Shown here: positions 59,816 through 64,000 of the stretch, in pieces
How the letters are laid out: the number at the start of each line of letters is the position of its first letter
Position numbering within the stretch: position 1 is the stretch's first letter
Origin: Macrostomum lignano
Taxonomy: Eukaryota
Assembly: GCA_002269645.1 (NCBI GenBank)
Contig: NIVC01000666.1
Location: 1-64,000, forward strand
Direction: 5' to 3'
DNA length: 64,000 bases
Translations under genes and position numbers: made by a program
Notes under the pieces: generated by a model
The model's database searches: none
Told to the model about the DNA's origin: nothing
The model's input: only the letters and a program-made list of their open reading frames with translations

Positions 59816-60367
59816 GGACATTGTGGAAATTCTAAGACTGGGAACACTGCAACAGCAGAGCATACAACATAAATATGTATACAGAATACTTGATAAAGAA
59901 GGATTGCAAAAGTGCATTAGTTATTACCAGTAGTAGACAGCGAGTCAACCAGAGCAAAGAGAAGCAGTCATCAAATATCCAAAGCTATACCAATAAGCAC
60001 AGCCACATAAATTATTACAATAAAACAATAAGCTACAACAATGAAAGCAATGTGAAGCAACCAGATGTGTTGAGTTCACAGTAACACGTCAATATGCTCC
60101 ATGTGCCCAGAACTTGTCCATGCACAATAAAATTTAGCTAAAAGCTCTTCAAAGAGTTGAAAAGACACACAGTACAACATTGATGCATCAGGGGATATGA
60201 TTGAGTAGTTCATATTAAAGAATAAAAACAAATTATTCCGACAACATTAGAGCATTTCTTAGAAAGTCTCGTAGAGGAAAAATAGGACAGTATTAAAAGG
60301 ACTGGGCCTAATAAATTTTTAGTTAATATTGTGTCAGTTGAATCAAAAAAAGTATTAGCTGACTGCA

Positions 60368-63113
60368 TCAGGGACTTGTCTGCTCCGTTTCTTCGAGTTC
60401 CATGCGCTGAAATTAAAATTTAATACAAATCATAAGTACAACTTAGGGAAATTTTTTAATTGAGATTCTTAGAAAGATGAATCAAGGGCGATTCTTAGAA
60501 AGATGGCTCAGAGACGATTCTGAGACGATTCAGAGACGCTCAGATTTAAAAGGAAATTTTTTAATTGAGATTCTTAGAAAGATGAATCAAGGGCGATTCT
60601 TAGAAAGATGGCTCAGAGAAGATTCTTAGAAAGATGGCTCAGAGACGATTCTTAGAAAGATGGCTCAGAGACGATTCTCATAAAGGTGGCTCAGAGACGA
60701 TTCTTAGAAAGATGGCTCAGAGACGATTCTTAGAAAGATGGCTCAGAGACGATTCTTAGAAAGATGGCTCAGAGACGATTCTTAGAAAGATGGCTCAGAG
60801 ACGATTCTTAGAAAGATGGCTCAAAGACGATTCTTAGAAAGATGGCTCAGAGACGATTCTCATAAAGGTGGCTCAGAGACGATTCTTAGAAAGATGGTCC
60901 AGAGACGCTCAGATTTAAAAGGAAATTTTTTAATTGAGATTCTTAGAAAGATGAATCAAGGGCGATTCTTAGAAAGATGGCTCAGAGACGATTCTTAGAA
61001 AGATGGCTCAGAGACGATTCTTAGAAAGATGGCTCAGAGACGATTCTTAGAATGATGGTCCAGAGACGATTCTTAGAAAGATGGTCCAGAGACGATTCTT
61101 AGAAAGATGGTCCAGAGACGATTCTTAGAAAGATGGTCCAGAGACGATTCTTAGAATGATGGTCCAGAGACGATTCTTAGAAAGATGATGATCAGACACA
61201 ATTCTTAGAAAGATGGCTCAGAGACGATTCTTAGAAAGATGATGATCAGACACAATTCTTAGAAAGATGGCTCAGAGACGATTCTTAGAAAGATGATGAT
61301 CAGACACAATTCTTAGAAAGATGGCTCAGAGACGATTCTTAGAAAGATGATGATCAGACACAATTCTTAGAAAGATGGCTCAGAGACGATTCTTAGAAAG
61401 ATGATGATCAGACACAATTCTTAGAAAGATGGCTCAGAGACGATTCTTAGAAAGATGACTTAGAGACGATTTTTAGAAAGTTGAATTAAAGACAATCATT
61501 AGAAAGATGACTTAAAAGCAATTCTTAGAAAGATTACTAAGAGGCAATTCTTAGAAACATGGCTCAGACGCAATTCTTAGAAAGATGGCTCAGAGACGAT
61601 TCTTAGAAAGATTACCTAGAGGCGATTCTTAGAAACATGAACTTAAGAGGCAATTCTTCGAAAGATGACGATTATTAGATAATAAGGAGGCGATTGTTCG
61701 ATATTAGATGCATTTCTTAGAAAGCGGAACAGATTCTCAGATATTTAAAACGGTTTTTAATTATAGTTCCTGAAAGAGGCAATTATTAGAAAGAACCGTT
61801 CGAGCCTATTCAAAGAAAGATGACATTGATCACGCGGGCGATTCTCAAACTGCGAAACCGCTCACCTCGAGCTCCTCCATAATGAGGTCGGTAATATCGC
61901 TGCCGCTGGTTCTGTACTCCACCGCGGCCTGAATGGCGTGCCGGAACATTTTCACAACGTTGGTGCCGTCCGAAGCGGACACGAAATAGAAGGGCATGCC
62001 GTGCTTCTTGGGGAAATTGAAGCTCGTTTTGGTGATGGCCATGTTGGCTGCGGGTCAGAACCAATTAAGATTTGCCTAAGCATCTAATGGTCTTTAGATC
62101 TGTCACTCTTGGAATTGAACACCTCAGCGGGTTCCTACATGACCTTTTTGCTTTTTAGGCAGTGCCGTCACTCTAATATAGTCTGGTTCTTCAGGGAGTG
62201 CCGTCACTCTAATATAGTCTGATTCTCCAGGGAGTGCCATCACTCTCGACTCTAATATGGCCTGATTCTTCAGGAAGTGCCGTCACTCTAATATAGTCTG
62301 ATTCTTAAGGGAGTGCCGTCACTCTAATATAGTCTGGTTCTTCAGGGAGTGCCGTCACTCTAATATAGTCTGATTCTCCAGGGAGTGCCATCACTCTCGA
62401 CTCTAATATGGCCTGATTCTTCAGGGAGTGCCGTCACTCTCGACTCTAATATGGCCTGATTCTTCAGGGAGTGCCGTCACTCTAATATAGTCTGATTCTT
62501 CAGGCGATGCTGTCACTCTAATATAGTCTGGTTCTTCAGGGAGTGCCGTCACTCTAATATAGTCTGATTATTCAGGGAGTGCCGTCACTTTAATATAGTC
62601 TGATTCTTAAGGGAGTGCCATCACTCTAATATAGTCTGATTCTTCAGGGAGTGCCGTCACTCTAATATAGTCTGATTCTTCAGGCAGTGCCATCACTCTA
62701 ATATAGTCTGATTCTTCAGGCAGTGCCGTCACTCTAATATAGTCTGATTCTTCAGGCAGTGCCGTCACTCCATATGGCCTGATTCTTCATGATTCTTCAT
62801 GATGATTAGCCAGAGAATGCTGCCAGTTCATATACTTAAATTTTTCAGGGAGTGTCACCTTTCCCTAAATCACATGACCTAATCCCGACCTCAGCTCCAC
62901 TCAGTCACACCAATGGCTTACCATCAATCTTATTGGCAGCGCAGAGACAGGGAATCTCTGGCCTGTGCTGCCTCAGCTCCTTGTACCAGGTGGGCAAGTT
63001 TTTATAGGTGACCTTGCGAGTCACGTCGAACACAAGAATGCAACAGTGCGCCTGGTGATAGTAGGACGTGTGCATGGACTGGAACCGCTCCTGGCCGGCT
63101 GTGTCCCAGAAAT
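60368..63113 (-). CDS. RABL2: Rab-like protein 2 (ciliary GTPase), 3' part. Exons 63113-62922, 62047-61866, 60406-60368; 5' exons presumably lie outside the window
   Basis: DFWDTAGQERFQSMHTSYYHQAHCCILVFDVTRKVTYKNLPTWYKELRQHRPEIPCLCAANKID|ANMAITKTSFNFPKKHGMPFYFVSASDGTNVVKMF...LIMEELE|RMELEETEQTSP*; closely resembles human RABL2. Confidence 0.93.
60445..61730. repeat. 26-bp minisatellite GAGACGATTCTTAGAAAGATGGCTCA in a RABL2 intron
   Basis: Visible array with captured flank segments and a decayed right edge. Confidence 0.93.
62150..62790. repeat. 36-bp minisatellite TTCAGGGAGTGCCGTCACTCTAATATAGTCTGATTC in a RABL2 intron
   Basis: About 17 copies. Confidence 0.94.
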
Positions 63114-63179
63114 CTGCCGCAATGGGAGAATGAGATGTATTTGAGGATAGGGATCTATGCTTTCAAAACTGCGAATTTT

Positions 63180-63500
63180 GCTTAGGGTTTGAATAAATGC
63201 TTTGGGAAAGGGGATTTCATTTGGGGACTTGGGATCACTGCCTTGAAAATGGGATTTCATTTGGGATTTGGGATCTCTGATCTTAAAAATAAGATTTCAG
63301 TTTGGGATTTGGGATCACTGCCTTGAAAATGGGATTTGACTTGGGAATTTGGGATCGCTGCTTTGAAAATGGGATTTGACTTGGGGATTTGGGATCTCTG
63401 CTTTGAAAATGGGATTTCACTTGGGGATTTGGGATCTATGTCTTGAAAATGGGATTTCACTTGGGGATTTGGGATCTATATCTTGAAAATGGGACTTCAG
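63180..63500. repeat. ~40-bp minisatellite AAAATGGGATTTCACTTGGGGATTTGGGATCTCTGCCTTG
   Basis: About 7 diverged copies near the acceptor at 63114. Confidence 0.85.
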
Positions 63501-64000
63501 TTGAGGATTTTAAACCAATACATAAAAATGGGATTCAGTTGGGAATTAGGATCTACATACATATACAAAGAAGTTTGATATTAGAAACTGATTTTATAAA
63601 ATACACACTTAAGCTTGAGAATTTCTCTTACCAATGGCAATCTTCTTTCCATTCAGTTGGTACTCATGCTTGAACAGTGTAAGTGCATAAGTTGACAGCT
63701 GTTGTGGTTGACTAGTTGGTATTTTTGCAATATACTGTTAAGGAAAATAAAATAATATAAACTGGCTTTGAAAATATTATGTATATACTTGTATTACCTG
63801 TATATAGTTTATATACTTTCCTTCTGCATTGCCTGGTAATATAAAAAGACAAGAATCATGCAAAAATTAAAAATATCAATATAAAGAAGCAGTTCATATG
63901 TGGAATTAATATAGGCAATGTAAAAAGGATACTATCCATTCATCACGAACCGCTCAACCAGTCTAAAATGGGAATAATGAAAGAAGAAAAAATATTTACT

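Overview
Eukaryotic (metazoan), intron-containing genomic DNA, not prokaryotic. Most long ORFs in the supplied track are artefacts of stop-free tandem repeats. The combination of GC-rich exons, abundant CpG, TTAGGG-type repeats and very high minisatellite density resembles the flatworm Macrostomum; this is an inference and was not verified. I reconstructed six protein-coding genes by splicing exons at GT/AG sites with consistent phases. One is on the + strand: an SVOP-like MFS transporter (1007-2617). Five are co-oriented on the - strand: a SWAP-70/DEF6 homolog (4743-11392), a GT7 beta-1,4-Gal(NAc) transferase (14517-35167), a class A GPCR (38988-45207), OGFOD1 (52176-~55466) and the 3' part of RABL2 (60368-63113). 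By my rough tally, about 40 tandem arrays occupy 40-45% of the window. Nearly every long intron carries its own minisatellite family, and many arrays abut splice sites or stop codons. The most unusual structures are: (i) two exons bracketed by inverted copies of the same array (OGFOD1 last exon, GalNAcT first exon); (ii) arrays whose unit resembles the adjacent splice site; (iii) a minisatellite flanked by a perfect 22-bp direct repeat, with a second dispersed copy; (iv) a 20-bp hairpin whose loop is a branch-point consensus; (v) a tRNA-derived SINE sitting between telomere-like tracts. There are no CRISPR arrays, rRNA genes or intact tRNA genes.
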